Assembly (NCBI RefSeq): GCF_011745625.1
Contig: NW_027191478.1
Span: 248,001 to 312,000, forward strand
From: Cladosporium halotolerans
Lineage: Eukaryota
Direction: 5' to 3'
DNA: 64,000 nt
The translations under genes were made by a program, and so were the position numbers. The notes beneath the pieces were generated by a model that saw only the letters and a program-made list of their open reading frames with translations, was not told where the DNA came from and searched no databases. The first letter of the stretch is position 1. Every line of letters begins with the position of its first letter. Of the stretch, positions 44,120 through 56,800 are shown in pieces.

Positions 44120-46597
44120 TTACATACTCGCTTGTTGCCGCATGTGGGAATTTGGCAATGCAGCGTTCAGCTCATTACTTCTTTCTTCCTCCAGCATGTC
44201 CTCCAATCTCCACGACTCCTGAGACTCCAACAGTCCTTTTTCACGTCTCTCCCTTAGGGCCCTGGTCTCGCCTCCTACCAGTGACATCGTCACCGGATCA
44301 CTAAACATCGAGTATCCACCAGCTGGGATCCGAGACAACACCTTTCGGATTCGCTTGGCGACTTTTTCTATTCGAAGCTGATTCATCCACCATTCGTCCT
44401 CGGTCATCAGCTCCAGCTCCACCACTCCGGTCGTGGTCTCATACTTGAAGACTCGTCCGAGAAGTTTCCGCCAGTCCCACAGCATGCGTGGGACCTTTCG
44501 GTACATGATATCCAGCAGCTCGTCCTGTATGCTGCCGTCTCGCCTGACGTGATGTTCGAATGACATGCAGACGAATCGCATCCACCGCATCATCGTTCGT
44601 TTACTCAGGTGCCGCTCGAGACTCGCAAGCTCCCATCGTCGGCGCGCTTCGAGTGCGGACTTCCAAGGCCGAGAGCCAGATCGGCAAGCATCGGTACAGA
44701 TCTTTACTTCGTCCCAGGCTTTATACGCTGCCTCTTGGTGCTCTTTGTACAGCACCAAGGACTCTTCCATTTTCTCCATCATTTCGCTGGTCTTCCGTCT
44801 CTGCAGGAGTAAGTTCCTCATCATGAGATTGTACATCCACATGCGCGGCTTGACGTTGTACGGTTCACTCGTCATTGTGCTCCATAACGTCTGCACGGAT
44901 CTTTTGGGCAACTGGCCCTTTGCCTCATCGTTGACAGCTGCGGGCCCATAGCGATGAGATGCCAGAATGCAAGTATATTCGAATAGGACATCCCATACTC
45001 TATCGCTTATGGCGATATCGTATTCGCCCGCGACATAATCCACCAGCCGCAGTGCAGTTGGCATGTCACTGTTGATGCTGTAGGCATATGCGAGAGTATG
45101 CATGAACCTCTCTGTGGGCCGATGGGAGGAGTCTTCGAGCCATTGTCTCGGATTGAGTGTCTCTTCCTCGCCGGGATCCGTCTGCATTAGCTTGCGGACA
45201 TCGATGTTCCAGACTCTGGTCAGGATGGACTCCACGGTGTCGATCTCGCCTTCCTTTGCAGCGGCAACCATCAACCAGCAGTAGGTCTCCTCGTTTGCAG
45301 TCACGCCGTTCTTCAGCATTGAGTCGAGGATACCCATTGCTTGCTCCTTGATACCGCCGGGACCAACGGTGTAATTTCCAAAGAACCAGGGCCTGTGCTC
45401 CTCTCGACGTGGATTCTGATTTCTTGATATCACTCGCTCTCTACTTCGGGAATGGCGGTCCCTGTGTCCAGCCCACACGGCAGATGCCAGAAACCCATTG
45501 TACATGGATACGTCTGGAACGATTCCGTCCTCGAGCAAGTCCTGCCAGAGGGTTCCTGCAAGGCTAGGCAACCCTATTATTCCCGCATGCTTGAGCATTA
45601 TCCTGTACTGTTGTGCAGTCAACCGATGGCCACTTTCTCTTCTCAACATCGCAACAGTCTGCACAATCTCGGTGTAGTTCTTGTCCAGGATCCTCACGTA
45701 CTTGAGGCGAAGATTGCGAGTCGCCGCTGGAGTGACACGTTCCAATGCAGCGTAGTTCTCCAAGACTTGTGAGAGAGGCTTTAGGGCTTGCAAGATCTCG
45801 GTGAAGGCCTCGTCAGACATCGAGCGAATAAATTTGATGTCGGCGCGGTAATAGATCGCTAGAATGCACTGCGCGATTGCGTCCCAATCATGGTCTTTGA
45901 TCGCGATCGGTAGCTCAGCGTGGTAATCCAAATCCAATAGCAAATCAAATGGAACTGATTGAGCTCCTGATGCCGGCTTGGATGGCTGAGGTGATTCCGA
46001 AGGGAAAGTTTGGGACGAGACCTGTGAGGCCTCTTCTTGGAGTAGTTCATCTTCCGCATCTTGGAGCGTGTCCCTTCCCTCAGCCGATTGCCAACAGTCG
46101 CCTTCAGGCAATTGGTACAAGTCCAAGTCATGAGGCTCTGACTCTTCGTCGAAGCCTGATAGAGCCTCTCTTTCCGCTTCTTCGACTGCGTCGTGCTGCT
46201 CGTCAAGGTCTAGACTCCAGTCCTTTTGTCGTGCAGCCACTTGTGTACGTTGGACTGATTCAAATAATATGGCTCTCTCATCGATTTTCTTAAGCTTCTT
46301 GCTGTGTTGTCGCCGGCCAACGTCGAGGCCCCAGCCAGGTATTCCTGGATTCTCGCTCGTCTCCTGCGGCGCTTCACGGTCTTTCGATTTCCGGCCATGG
46401 CGCTGCTGGTCGCCGGCCGTAAGTCGACCCTTACTGCGTTCGTCACCGTAGTTCTGCTTCTTCCGCCACGATATCCACCTGATCTGGCACACCTCGTTCA
46501 ACCGCCCGCCCCGCACATGTTTCTTACCCCGCCCGAGCAACCACAGCGACGCAAGCCGTGACTCGGCCAACCCGAGCCCGACGGTCATCGCAATCAT
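44120..46597 (-). CDS. AEP2: Mitochondrial ATPase expression protein (Aep2/ATP13-domain, PPR-like)
   Basis: PPR-like GIVPDVSMYNGFL; LMVAAAKEGEIDTVESILTRVWNIDV...PTERFMHTLAYAYSINSDMPTALRLVDYVAGEYDIAIS. The start codon is uncertain. Confidence 0.72.
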   Translation of the reverse strand: MIAMTVGLGLAESRLASLWLLGRGKKHVRGGRLNEVCQIRWISWRKKQNYGDERSKGRLTAGDQQRHGRKSKDREAPQETSENPGIPGWGLDVGRRQHSKKLKKIDERAILFESVQRTQVAARQKDWSLDLDEQHDAVEEAEREALSGFDEESEPHDLDLYQLPEGDCWQSAEGRDTLQDAEDELLQEEASQVSSQTFPSESPQPSKPASGAQSVPFDLLLDLDYHAELPIAIKDHDWDAIAQCILAIYYRADIKFIRSMSDEAFTEILQALKPLSQVLENYAALERVTPAATRNLRLKYVRILDKNYTEIVQTVAMLRRESGHRLTAQQYRIMLKHAGIIGLPSLAGTLWQDLLEDGIVPDVSMYNGFLASAVWAGHRDRHSRSRERVISRNQNPRREEHRPWFFGNYTVGPGGIKEQAMGILDSMLKNGVTANEETYCWLMVAAAKEGEIDTVESILTRVWNIDVRKLMQTDPGEEETLNPRQWLEDSSHRPTERFMHTLAYAYSINSDMPTALRLVDYVAGEYDIAISDRVWDVLFEYTCILASHRYGPAAVNDEAKGQLPKRSVQTLWSTMTSEPYNVKPRMWMYNLMMRNLLLQRRKTSEMMEKMEESLVLYKEHQEAAYKAWDEVKICTDACRSGSRPWKSALEARRRWELASLERHLSKRTMMRWMRFVCMSFEHHVRRDGSIQDELLDIMYRKVPRMLWDWRKLLGRVFKYETTTGVVELELMTEDEWWMNQLRIEKVAKRIRKVLSRIPAGGYSMFSDPVTMSLVGGETRALRERREKGLLESQESWRLEDMLEEERSNELNAALPNSHMRQQASM

Positions 46598-47040
46598 CCG
46601 ACCTCCTGCTCCCTCATGACAGTCTTGCTCTCCATGCAACAAGCGCGGTCACCGCCTCTTGCGAGCGTCGATTTGATATCCAGTCCACGGCGATCCAGGG
46701 TCAAGCCACGGCCAGCACTAGAGGGCTAGCAGTCTGGGGAAGTCGAGAGAAGTGGAGCAAAAGGGTCTGCGAGAGTGGAGTTGCTTGTGCCGTTGTCTCT
46801 CTTAACCGTCGCGCTAACCAGCCGAGGCCCGCTAGCTCGTCGAGCAGACAGCTCGGCACAGGAGGAAGGTCGGCCGGCGAGCCTCAGTCTCAGCCTCAGC
46901 GAACGGAAAGCGTTCCGCAGCGATTCTGAAGCCCGCCGCCGACGTCCAAGTCCAACGTCAGTGTTCGTGTTGTCGCGCGAACAATTGCGAACCCTTTGAA
47001 CGAAACACGCGCGCACGACTCTGCCACACACCGCGCGCTG

Positions 47041-47452
47041 ATGGCTTCGCCCGAAGGTCCCGGCGCCGTCACCAGCTCGGTCAACGAGCCGCTTGACCTG
47101 GTCCGCCTTTCGCTCAATGAGGTGGTTTTCGTGAAGTTGAGGGGAGACCGCGAATTGAAGGGACGGCTCCACGTGAGTGCATATTTCTGAGAATGTGGTG
47201 AAAGGTGCGATGTTGACTCATGAGACTTAGGCATATGACAGCCATTGCAATCTGGTACTAGGCGAGGTGGAGGAGACCATCTACATGGTGGACGAAGAAG
47301 AAGAGGGAGGCAACGGCGAGGTGCGCACAATGAAGAAGCAGAGCGAAATGCTGTTCGTGAGAGGTACGTCGCAAATCAAGCCAACAAGGGTTGATTGCAT
47401 GCTAACCGTCGGCGCAGGTGACTCGGTCGTCCTCATTTCACCTCAGGCATAG
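47041..47452 (+). CDS. LSM3: U6 snRNA-associated Sm-like protein LSm3; introns 47173-47230, 47364-47417
   Basis: [47 protein letters not shown]...[15 protein letters not shown]. Confidence 0.96.
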
Positions 47453-47778
47453 CCATAATTCAGCGATGGATGGAAAAACGACAAATCTGCACAGCATGGC
47501 GGCGTTACGATTGCACATTAAAGCGGCGAAATGCAGAACATGGAATATCAAGGACGGACGTGCGGGGTGGGAGGATCAGGACGAGATACCAAGACAGGCC
47601 TGAGACAAGGTCAAGTCAACGAATTCCTTTGAATACTTCATAAGTATTACTGCCGAATGAAAGAGCCGCACGAAAATCGTGCTGTGCATCTTCGAAAAGC
47701 TTCAAAACGTCTCGAAACCCTGTTCCAAACCGAGGTACTGGCACCAGTGTGAGTATGGATACAGCTCGTTGCCTAAAG

Positions 47779-49890
47779 CTACGCTATGTCCCAAGTCGCC
47801 ACACCACCAAAACCCATCCCAACCCTCCCCTTCCTATCTCTATACTCTTGCAGAGACAATCCTCTCCCTTCCCGTCCACCAAACTGCGTCACAGTATATA
47901 TCGACGCCTTCTGCCCCGGCCGACCCAAGTCCTCCGTCCGCACATCACACCACCACACTCCATCGCCCTTCTCGAACGGCACATGGTTGCGATCCGTGCC
48001 GTCGAGCTCCTCCAAGTGCAACACGTAGAGGTAGTACTCCCCGCGCCCGCAGCGCACGGGGTCCCAATGCGGACAGACCTTCTGGAACATGAAGCGCGTC
48101 GTGGGGCCTTGCTGCGCGAGGACGACGGGGTTCGCTAGCGGCGCGAACGAGCCCTCCGCCAGCCCTTCCTCCGCCACGAAGCCGCTGAACATGTGTGCCG
48201 CGGTGCCGGACTTGGCGGACCGCTGGTACTCTTCCCAGGACAGGATGCGGCCGTCGTTGCGGAACTGCTTGCTGGTGTCTGTGGGGTAGTGCGAGCGGCC
48301 GAAGTCGGAGTTGGACTCGGTGAAGTGCACGGGTTTGAAATGCTTCTGGTACGGCTGGCCGCGCCCTTGCACGTTGCCTGCGCCCCAGCAGGGGTCGATG
48401 AGTTTCCATTCGCCGCCGTCGATACGGCAGGCATTCCAGGCATGCGTGGTGGCGAAGGCGGGAAGCGGCTCGCCTGGTTGCAGCTGACGGTGGCCGAATC
48501 CTTTACAGGCGCCGGAGATCACGATACATTCGAGGCCGGCTTTGATGGCTAATGCCGCGAAGAGGCCAGCGTAGCCTTCGCAAACGGCAAGGCCGGATGA
48601 TATGGTGGATTGAGGTGTTGAGGGCTTGACGTTGTTGTTGAAGAAAGCGACGACATCGTACTCGACGTTATGGTGTAGCCAAGTGAATATAGCACGCGCT
48701 TTGTCAGTAGCACTGGGGAATGGAGATGTGAGCTGATGGGACAGCCAGCCAACATCGGTCGAAGGTATAGACTCGCGTGGGAATCTGGCTGCATGGTTGT
48801 CCGGGCCTGAGAAATCGCGACAGTGTAAGCATGAAGCTGGTCCATTGTCGTATTGCGGATTGGATGCAGCGCCAAGTTTAGGCTTGGAAGCCTGCAGTGC
48901 CGCAAGGTCGGGCCTTGACCCTGTAGGAATGGGTGGAGGAGTGGCCTCGATCGCCGGTGTAGAGCTTGGTCGATTAGACGGAGATGGTTTAGGCTGTATT
49001 GCATTGCCGAAGCCCATACCCAATGCGGATTTCCTAGGTGGTGGAGGTTGTAATCTTCGTGCGGGTGCTTCTGGTTGATGGGTCTCTTGAGGTACCGCCG
49101 TCGGTTGTTCCTGTTTGACACCAGTCCTGGCAGGCAGCGCCGGTGCAGGTCTGGCTTGGACTTGAGGTCTGGTAGGCACGCTCGGCGTACTGCTTTTTCG
49201 GAAGGTGTTTGCGAGCGGGTTTGAACTCGACTTTGTCGGCCTCATGGCGTTGTATTTTTGATCATGGGCTTGAACCTCTTCAGGGGTTCTCTTTGGTGGC
49301 AACGCAGGCAAAGCTGATGGATTGAACTCGGGTGCACGAATGGCGAACCTCTCAGATCGAGAGGTTGTAGAAGTACCGTTGGACATGCCCGAAACCGAAG
49401 ACCGTGCTGTCGCGTTGGAGCTTACAGATTCACTAGACTGTTTCCGACTTAATGTCATCTCAGATGGTCGCCTCTGTGGCAAAGCAGGCGCAGTCGCGGA
49501 CGGTGTCCGAGCTGGTAATCTGGGACCTAAGGAATTTTGAGAGCTATGAGTCGATGTCCTTGGAGGCAGGCTTGGCCGTGAAATACCATCCATGCCGTTT
49601 GCTGATGCGCCATCTGGGCGTGGCTCTTCCGGGACATTGCCAATACCTCCGTTTGGTTGGTTGGCGAGAGGTGGATTATTTGTCGATTCGGTACGATGGT
49701 AACCATTAGGCCTGGCGGGAACACCAGGCTTGGGCGGTGGTGGTGGAGGAGGCCTAGCTTTGCCTGTGGTAGGGTTCGGTTTGGGTGCCGGACTGCCGTT
49801 GGATGGTGGCGCTCCAGAGCCGACCTGCGACAGCTTGAGAGCAGCGATGCGCTGCTGTATAGACTGCGGCTGCGGCTCGTCGTCAGACAT
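47779..49890 (-). CDS. Proline-rich transglutaminase-like protein (kyphoscoliosis peptidase/Cyk3-related, no SH3)
   Basis: DKARAIFTWLHHNVEYD, AVCEGYA, HAWNA, LIDPCWGAG; long PxxP-rich N-terminal half. Confidence 0.88.
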   Translation of the reverse strand: MSDDEPQPQSIQQRIAALKLSQVGSGAPPSNGSPAPKPNPTTGKARPPPPPPPKPGVPARPNGYHRTESTNNPPLANQPNGGIGNVPEEPRPDGASANGMDGISRPSLPPRTSTHSSQNSLGPRLPARTPSATAPALPQRRPSEMTLSRKQSSESVSSNATARSSVSGMSNGTSTTSRSERFAIRAPEFNPSALPALPPKRTPEEVQAHDQKYNAMRPTKSSSNPLANTFRKSSTPSVPTRPQVQARPAPALPARTGVKQEQPTAVPQETHQPEAPARRLQPPPPRKSALGMGFGNAIQPKPSPSNRPSSTPAIEATPPPIPTGSRPDLAALQASKPKLGAASNPQYDNGPASCLHCRDFSGPDNHAARFPRESIPSTDVGWLSHQLTSPFPSATDKARAIFTWLHHNVEYDVVAFFNNNVKPSTPQSTISSGLAVCEGYAGLFAALAIKAGLECIVISGACKGFGHRQLQPGEPLPAFATTHAWNACRIDGGEWKLIDPCWGAGNVQGRGQPYQKHFKPVHFTESNSDFGRSHYPTDTSKQFRNDGRILSWEEYQRSAKSGTAAHMFSGFVAEEGLAEGSFAPLANPVVLAQQGPTTRFMFQKVCPHWDPVRCGRGEYYLYVLHLEELDGTDRNHVPFEKGDGVWWCDVRTEDLGRPGQKASIYTVTQFGGREGRGLSLQEYRDRKGRVGMGFGGVATWDIA

Positions 49891-51429
49891 GCTGGAATCG
49901 CCTGGAATTACAATATGAATTATCTAGGGCACTGCTGTGCTGTGATTCGATTGCCGGAGACGACTTCGTAGCCCGAGGTGATGGAGGTGGATGCGGCTGA
50001 AGGACTAACGGGTCGTCCCTCGGGATGAGACTACACGCCGGGGTATCGCGCAGAATAAGAAACGGATAGAATAACCGACGAAGAAAGCGAAGGGCAGAAA
50101 GCAGTTGTGAAGGATGTGAAGTCAAAAGCACATGAAACACAAGGCGAAAGTAGCAAGCGCTCGGGCAGCACATGGCGGCCACAGCGGGCAGGGCGGCACA
50201 AGCACCAAGCCACGAAGGAAGCTTGAACTGTCACACCAATTGGGAAGTCCCACCTTGACCGGTGACATGTACCCACAGTTAGGAGCACTACCGAATGCGT
50301 GTGTGTAGGGAAGGTCGCTAATCTATTGGCATTATCTTTCTAGTAGATCATCTCGACCACGGCCAGGCCATCCACAGAGTGTAGCGAGTGACCGGGACCC
50401 GTCACATTAACCCCAAGCTTACCCCAACCCTAACCCTAACTCGATGACCCTTCATGCCATTAGAACGGCATGGTGTTATAACAAATGCGACTGATGGCAT
50501 TCGATGCATTTGATTTACCAACAGATCGCTGACAAATATGTTCGCAAAGAATACACGGAAAGCAACATGAACTATCATGGTTGTTGACGTCGAACAATCG
50601 AGACACCTATAAATAGCCTCTCTACCTGAAGGTATGTCTAAGCCACCACGCAAGACGACCACCTCGTCATGCTCATACAACACACGAATAGCCAATCGAT
50701 ACCAGCCTAATGACTACGTTGAAAGATCATCTTTAATTCAATCACGTGTACACATTGAACACATTGTGTCTCTACCAATCCGCTCCACGAAAATGCTCAC
50801 CACCCAAAAGCCCATCGCACACCTCACCCAGCCTCACTTCCAACCACCACCACACGTCACCTTACCTCACTCACACCTCAAACCAAGGAAAACAAGCGAG
50901 CTCAAGTATAATCCCACGCTTCAATACCACAGCATAGCTACCCCTATCAAAACCAAAGCGCACCCCATCCCATGCCACCCCATCCCATCCCCCAGCGCAC
51001 AATCACAATCAAAACCCCACAGATCCCCCAACCCACAGAACCCAAGCAAAGGAAGCAAAACTCAATACCCGCTCGCTGAACACGCTCGCTCGCTCGCATC
51101 AAAAACCTCGCCGTCATCTTTTTTCGAAACCAGTCTATTTGCCCCGTCTGCTTCCTCGGTACCCCTCATTCCCCTTCTTCCTCTACGTCGCGTCTTCACA
51201 GAGGACATTCCTGACCGAGTCTCCTTCAGCCTCCGCCCTCTTTCTTCTTCTTTTTTTCCGCCGAGAGAGAGAGAGTTTGTGTAAGAAAAAGACTAAAAAA
51301 GACTAAAAAAGAAAAGAAAGTGAGATGGTAAGGTAGAGTTAGACACGGCCCTCGAAACGGAAAAAAAGCAAAGCGCAAAAACCAAGCAACAAAACACGCG
51401 CAAAACGAGACGAGAAAAGAAAATCGGAC

Positions 51430-51478
51430 GGATAAAAAAAAGGAAAAGAAAAGAAAAGAAAAAGAAAAAGAAAAAGGA
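51430..51478. repeat. Purine-rich (AAAAG/AAAAAG)n simple repeat in the probable 3' UTR of the Zn2Cys6 gene
   Basis: aaaaaaaaggaaaagaaaagaaaagaaaaagaaaaagaaaaagg read directly. Confidence 0.8.
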
Positions 51479-51698
51479 GAGTCGTAGCGTCGTGTCCCGG
51501 GCGGGGGAGGAGGAAGTGTTTTGTTGTTGTTGGTAATGATGGTGTTGTGGTCGATGTTGATTGATTGATGTTGTTGATTGTTTGGTTTGGATCGAAACTT
51601 TTTGTCTTTCTTTCTTTTCCTTTCCCCTTTCCCTATTCCATATCCTCCCGATCCTTTAGCGCCCCGTCTAGACCTTTCCCTTGGACGTCCCAAAACCC

Positions 51699-53824
51699 TC
51701 ATCGCTTCCTCTTCTTACTCTTATCCACCGGCGCGGGCGCCAAAAAGTACCCCCCGCTCGGCACGCCCTGCCCACCACCGCCCGCCGCCGCCTGCGGCGT
51801 AACAGCCGGCGGCGGTAGCAGCGCACTATCGAACTCCTCATCGCCCTTCTTGACGGGCACGCCCATGTGGCGGCCGTAGCGGCCCTTGCGGCCGTTGCCC
51901 TCGTCCTCGGAGATGCAGCCGTCGAGCCCGATGCCGGCGTCCTTGCAGCGGCCGCAGGGCCGCTGGCGGTCGCAACCCTTCTTGCTCTTGCGGCAGCGTT
52001 GGCAGCGCGGCTTGGAGGACAGGTCTTCCTCGTCGGTGCCGAGGGCGGGGTGGAAGGCGATGGTGGAGGCGGCGGAGGTTTTGCGGGATTGCGAGGGGAG
52101 GGAGGCGGGGGACATGGGGACTTTGGAGTGCGAGTGGGAGTGCGAGTGCGAGTGGGAGTGAGAGTGCGTGTAGGGTTTCTTGGGCTTGACCATGGAGGAG
52201 GTGCGGGGCTTGGCGGACTTGAGGGCGGCGGGCATGGTGGAGCGTGGCCTGGGAGCGGAGGGCTTGCTGGGGCGGCGCTGGCCTTCGAAGTCTTGCATGA
52301 TGTCGTCGCTGTCGCCCTTGAAGGAGCCGTCGCGCTGGTCCTCGTACTCGTCGCCGGTTGTGCCGTCGCTGCCTGGTTGGTGCATGCGCTGCTTCTTCCT
52401 CTGAGGACCCGCCTCGTTCTTGGGCCAGCTGGGCACCGCAGGTAGGCCGCTGACTTCCTCTTCTTCGTCGTCGTCTTCCTCTTCAGACGAGGGCGCCTCT
52501 GCCTTCCCGCTCAGCGCATCATCGAGCGTAGAGGTCGATGTGCGCCCGTGGGAGAAATTGGACGCATCACCCAGGCGCATCAGCTGCAGTGCGACGTCTT
52601 CGTCAGAAATGACGCTGTTGACCGTGGGGTCCGGTGTTGGGAGGACTCCACCGCCAGAGAGGCGAGGCGGAGGGAAGGCAGAGTTGCTGGGACGAGCTCC
52701 TCGCAGCTGGCGCGGAGGCTGCGAGTACGAATTGTAGCTCGCCGCGGGCATACCGTTCTGCATGTAGCTATTGCCGCCGTGACTTTGCGGCGACGGCAGA
52801 GGCTGCGTATATGAGAAGGTCTGCTGGTTGGGGTATGGGTACGGCGACGGGGCCGGACCATTGCGCCTCTGCGGCGAGACCGAAGAGATAGAGGCGGTCA
52901 TGGGCACCTGCGGTGGCACGAAGAGAGGAAGTTCCTAAATGATGTTAATCCCAAGCGTTCAGTAACTGTGCGCAGACATGCGCTTACCGAGCTCTCGAAT
53001 GCGCGCTTCCTTCTGCCGCCTTCGACAATGTTGTTGACACTGATCTCAGCGTTGACCTGCTCCGTTCGCGATCTGCGAGAGCTAGTCACAGAACCGTTCG
53101 CGCCATCGTCGCTGCTGTAACCATCTGCGTCGTCGTGAACACTATTCTCCTTGCTTCTGGACTTTGCGCGGCCACCTCTGGCCGGCGCAGCAGAAACACT
53201 GCGACGAGCATACTCGGAGTTCGGCGACATACTACGAACTGCGCTCCGAGCGGCTGTTCTGGAGGGTGAGTGCACGTTGCTGTGCTGCGACGCCCGCATG
53301 TCGATGGGGGCGCCTAATGTGGGTTTGGAAGGAGACGTGGTGTAAGCACGCTCGTTGTGTGCGCTAGGGGGTTGCGCGACTGTTCTGACGTACACGACCA
53401 TGTCGTTTTCGAAATTGTCGTACGCAGCAATGATACTGATGCCGTCACGGTTTTCGAAGCTGACGCCGTACTCGTACAAACCGTAGAAGTTTTTCACGGT
53501 GGTAATGATCGAGTCTGCAGTGTCGTGGGGCGAGATCATGACCCTCATCGGAAGGCGCGCCTGTATGCGCGGATCTTCCGGGTCGATCAACTGGAAAACG
53601 ACATGCTTCTGCTCCTTTTTCGTCGGCGAAGGCCTGGTGTAGCCGGAGCCCGCGGCAGAGCCAGTGCTGTCGCGAGCGGGACGGTGGTAGTTTGCACCAT
53701 GTGAGCTTGTGTTGGAGTGGCCATCCCACGAATGTCCACTGTAGCGATTGGTGTGCGGGTGGGATTGCCTGTGCTCGTCCATGGGACCCTGAGCGGCGGC
53801 GGACGTCATATTCAGACCGTCCAT
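51699..53824 (-). CDS. Zn(II)2Cys6 transcription factor with C-terminal zinc cluster; intron 52935-52987
   Basis: CQRCRKSKKGCDRQRPCGRCKDAGIGLDGC near the C-terminus; N-terminal ARLPMRVMISPHDTADSIITTVKNFYGLY domain; junction RAFESS|ELPLFVPPQ; (HS)6 repeat; C-terminal KKRKR. Confidence 0.9.
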
Positions 53825-56800
53825 ATCTCAAGCTCCGCCTCTTTTTTTTAGCAATTGTTTGGTGTTGTGCGGTGATTGTACGGTGTTGGGGGTGTGTTGG
53901 GCGAAATGGGCGGTATGCTCCACCTGCGGCGGAAGTCGGCGCAAGAGGAGCCTGCGCGAGCAGGGTGGAAGGCGACAAGGTCTCGACCAGTCTGAAGCGA
54001 TATTCGTCAGCGGTATGGACTCAGCGGTGATCGCAATGGGTCAAGACTATGATCGCAGGCGTCGCTCGGTTGCGGTAACGATGGTGAGAGGCAGGGCGGA
54101 GGTCGTCGCCGCAGGTCTGGCTCACCGCAGGGAGGAGGCGACAACAAGGTCATGAGGGGGATATGAGTGTGGTCTTGGTACGCACCTTGGGTCGCCTGCA
54201 ACTCGACAACACTCTTGATGAGCGACAGGCCTGTCTGATGCAGGAGAGGCGCTACCTCGCTGTCGCCGTCCGGGGCTCTGAGGCGCAGGGCGGGAGGAGG
54301 GGAGTGGGCGGGAAGTTGGGGGATGCGCTGATTTCGCTCGAAAGAACGAACAGACGGAAAGGGATGGCAAGAATGTATGGCACCAGTGCGTCAAACACTG
54401 AGGAACAGTGTTTGCTGTTGTGGTGTGGTGGAGGGAGGGAAGTCGGTGGGAAGATCAAGGTGCCCGCTTCTCGCACTGGGGCTTGCTTCCGGCCAGTTCG
54501 ATGGTCGAGGTCATCCGGCACGAGCACGGCCACGAACACGCAGCGCCTGAGACCGCGCGACTACAGAGGGCTCACGCATGATGCGACGGGGTGCTCTGGC
54601 ACGCGAAAAATGGGTTTGTCTATTCTACATGGCACTCGAACCCGCCCACGGCGCCTGGGGTCCTGAGGCAGCCCAGGCCGTAGCCGCGCAGAGGCATGCG
54701 CACTGATGAGACGGGGAGCAGCTCGGGGCAGGCAAGGTAGGTACGGATATGGCGCTGCGCAGACACGGCGGGAGCAGCGCTCCGAATGCGCGCCGTCTGC
54801 GAGGTACACGAGTCGCCCGCGGTGGCTGTCGCATGCGGCGGTACGTCGCCCATTCGACCACGCACAAGAGGGCGGCGGGCGGTGCGATCACGCAGGCCTG
54901 GCGCTCAACGGCACGCAGACTCAGGGCCCGCCCGCCCTGTGACCATTGGGCGGCAAACAGCACGACGGCGAGCCCGGGGAGGGCGCAGAACAGGCGGCGG
55001 GGGCCCTTATGCAGCAGCGCAGCGCTTGAAAAGGCTCTAGGCCGCGCGCTGCGGGCGTTCGGTCAGAGGAGGCAGCGCAGCTGGCACACGCAGTTGGAAC
55101 TGTTGTGGACAACGAAGGCGCCAGAAGCGACTGCGCTCCAATCACGAGGCGCCGTGTCGCCTGTAGCCTCGCTGATCGCTGCTTGGCCGTGTGCCGCCGT
55201 CGCCGCCCGCTCGAGCACACCCTTCTGCTGCTGCCCTGCCACTAACATCACTCGCGCGCAGCCCGTCGTGCCCACGCCGGCGAGCAGACACGGCGAGATA
55301 GCGCGCGCCCGCGGTCGGCGTGGTGCACGGCGGCCGCTCGCTGCGTTGCTGGAGAGGCACAGGCGCGGCCCTCGTACCACGGCGGGCAGCGCTTTTGAGT
55401 TTGGGCTGTGGACGCCTCCCCAGTCCCCCACGGCTGCGAATGCCATGCAAGGAGAGAGGCCGCCAGCCATTCTGCTGCGAAGCCTGCGATGCGTCCAGGC
55501 CGCCTGTGTGCCGGTGCTGCGTCGCCGACGCCAGGCAAGTGAGTGCGATGAGGCACTGGGGTGCGACACGTCGCGGCGCGAGAGCGCTCTCTACGTCGAA
55601 GTGCTGGTGTTCGGGGCTGGCCTCCCAGAGATCTGTCTATGCTCGTCTATGGAAACAACAATAACATTCTTACCGTCTCATGAGGGCAGGTCGTGCAGCC
55701 TGAGCGAGCATTCCCAGCGCTGTGGATCGACAGTCATGAGCGTTGTCGGCCGGGATATCGCTGGCATGCTGATGGCCATGCACAAGACAACGTGCCGCGA
55801 TCGCTTGGCTACGCATGCCACTCTGCCGCGATACCGTCGCGAGAGCCAGGGCAAGGTTGCTGACGGCAGCGCAGCAGGTAGAGTGTGCTGCGATCCGATA
55901 CGAGTCCATCAAGCGGAAAATCGCGATGCGGATGGACCGGAGGCCCACGAAGCCAAATCGTCAGGCCGGGCATGTGCCATCTGCCTAGGCCGAGTTTCAG
56001 CTGCGTGAGCGGAGACGAAGCGATTGGCAGGCCACGCCGCTTGCCGGCCCAAAGGACAGCGCATCGCCCGAGCATGAGTCGCAAGCAATGGCCGCGACAC
56101 TTGGGCGACTTTTGCATGCGCTCGTCGAGTATACAACTGACACAGATGCCATTCGCGAGTGGTCGCCGAAATCGAGTCAGCGTCACGTGAGGGCGGGGTA
56201 GGTTCGTGTGGGCTGGACTTCGAAAGCGCTACGGCTGTGCGGATCCGACGGGCGCGCAGGTGCGTGTGGGCGGCGATGCTGCGGACGAGATGGTGGATTC
56301 AAAACTTGTCATATGTTTCCGATCGCCGCCCCGACCTCATGCACGAAATTTCGCATTTTTCGACAGGCGTGTGCCATGCTTATAGAATGATGTCTGCTTT
56401 TGCCGCCGGCGCGGAAGACGTGTTTACGCGCCCCAGGGCTGAAGATGACGACACCAGCGCATCCCGCCCGAACGGGCCTAGGCGCATCTGCGCTTGTCAT
56501 ACTGCGATGCAGCCTATAGGCCATGTCTCGCAGCGAGGGCGGGCAACGGTTTGCAGACTGTGCTATAGCCTGCGCAATTCATAGTTGAGTCGATCCTGAT
56601 AAGTAGAAGGCTCGCCCGTCCAGCGCCCGTTGCAAGCGCACGCTGCAGAAGCCCTGGGCGGAGATTCACCGCTCCACCGCTCTTTCGCCGCACATGTCTG
56701 AAGGAGATTGGAGTGCGCGGGCGCACGCACCGTGCGAAATCGCCACGCGCGGCGCATGTGCGAGAGGCGTGATCTGGCCATGTGAAGAGCAGCGCATTCG

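Noticed and set aside
50423..50440. CCAACCCTAACCCTAAC as an interstitial telomere or telomerase RNA template (also AACCCTAA at ~29850 on the minus strand and CTAACCCT at ~60330)
   Set aside because: Only 1.3-2.5 repeats, expected by chance in C/A-rich DNA; I could see no pseudoknot or CR4/5-like context.
54749..56008. 419-aa ORF in the TF-cyclin spacer
   Set aside because: A/R/C-rich composition, no motif and several equally long overlapping ORFs; consistent with stop-poor GC-rich non-coding DNA, though not excluded without RNA data.
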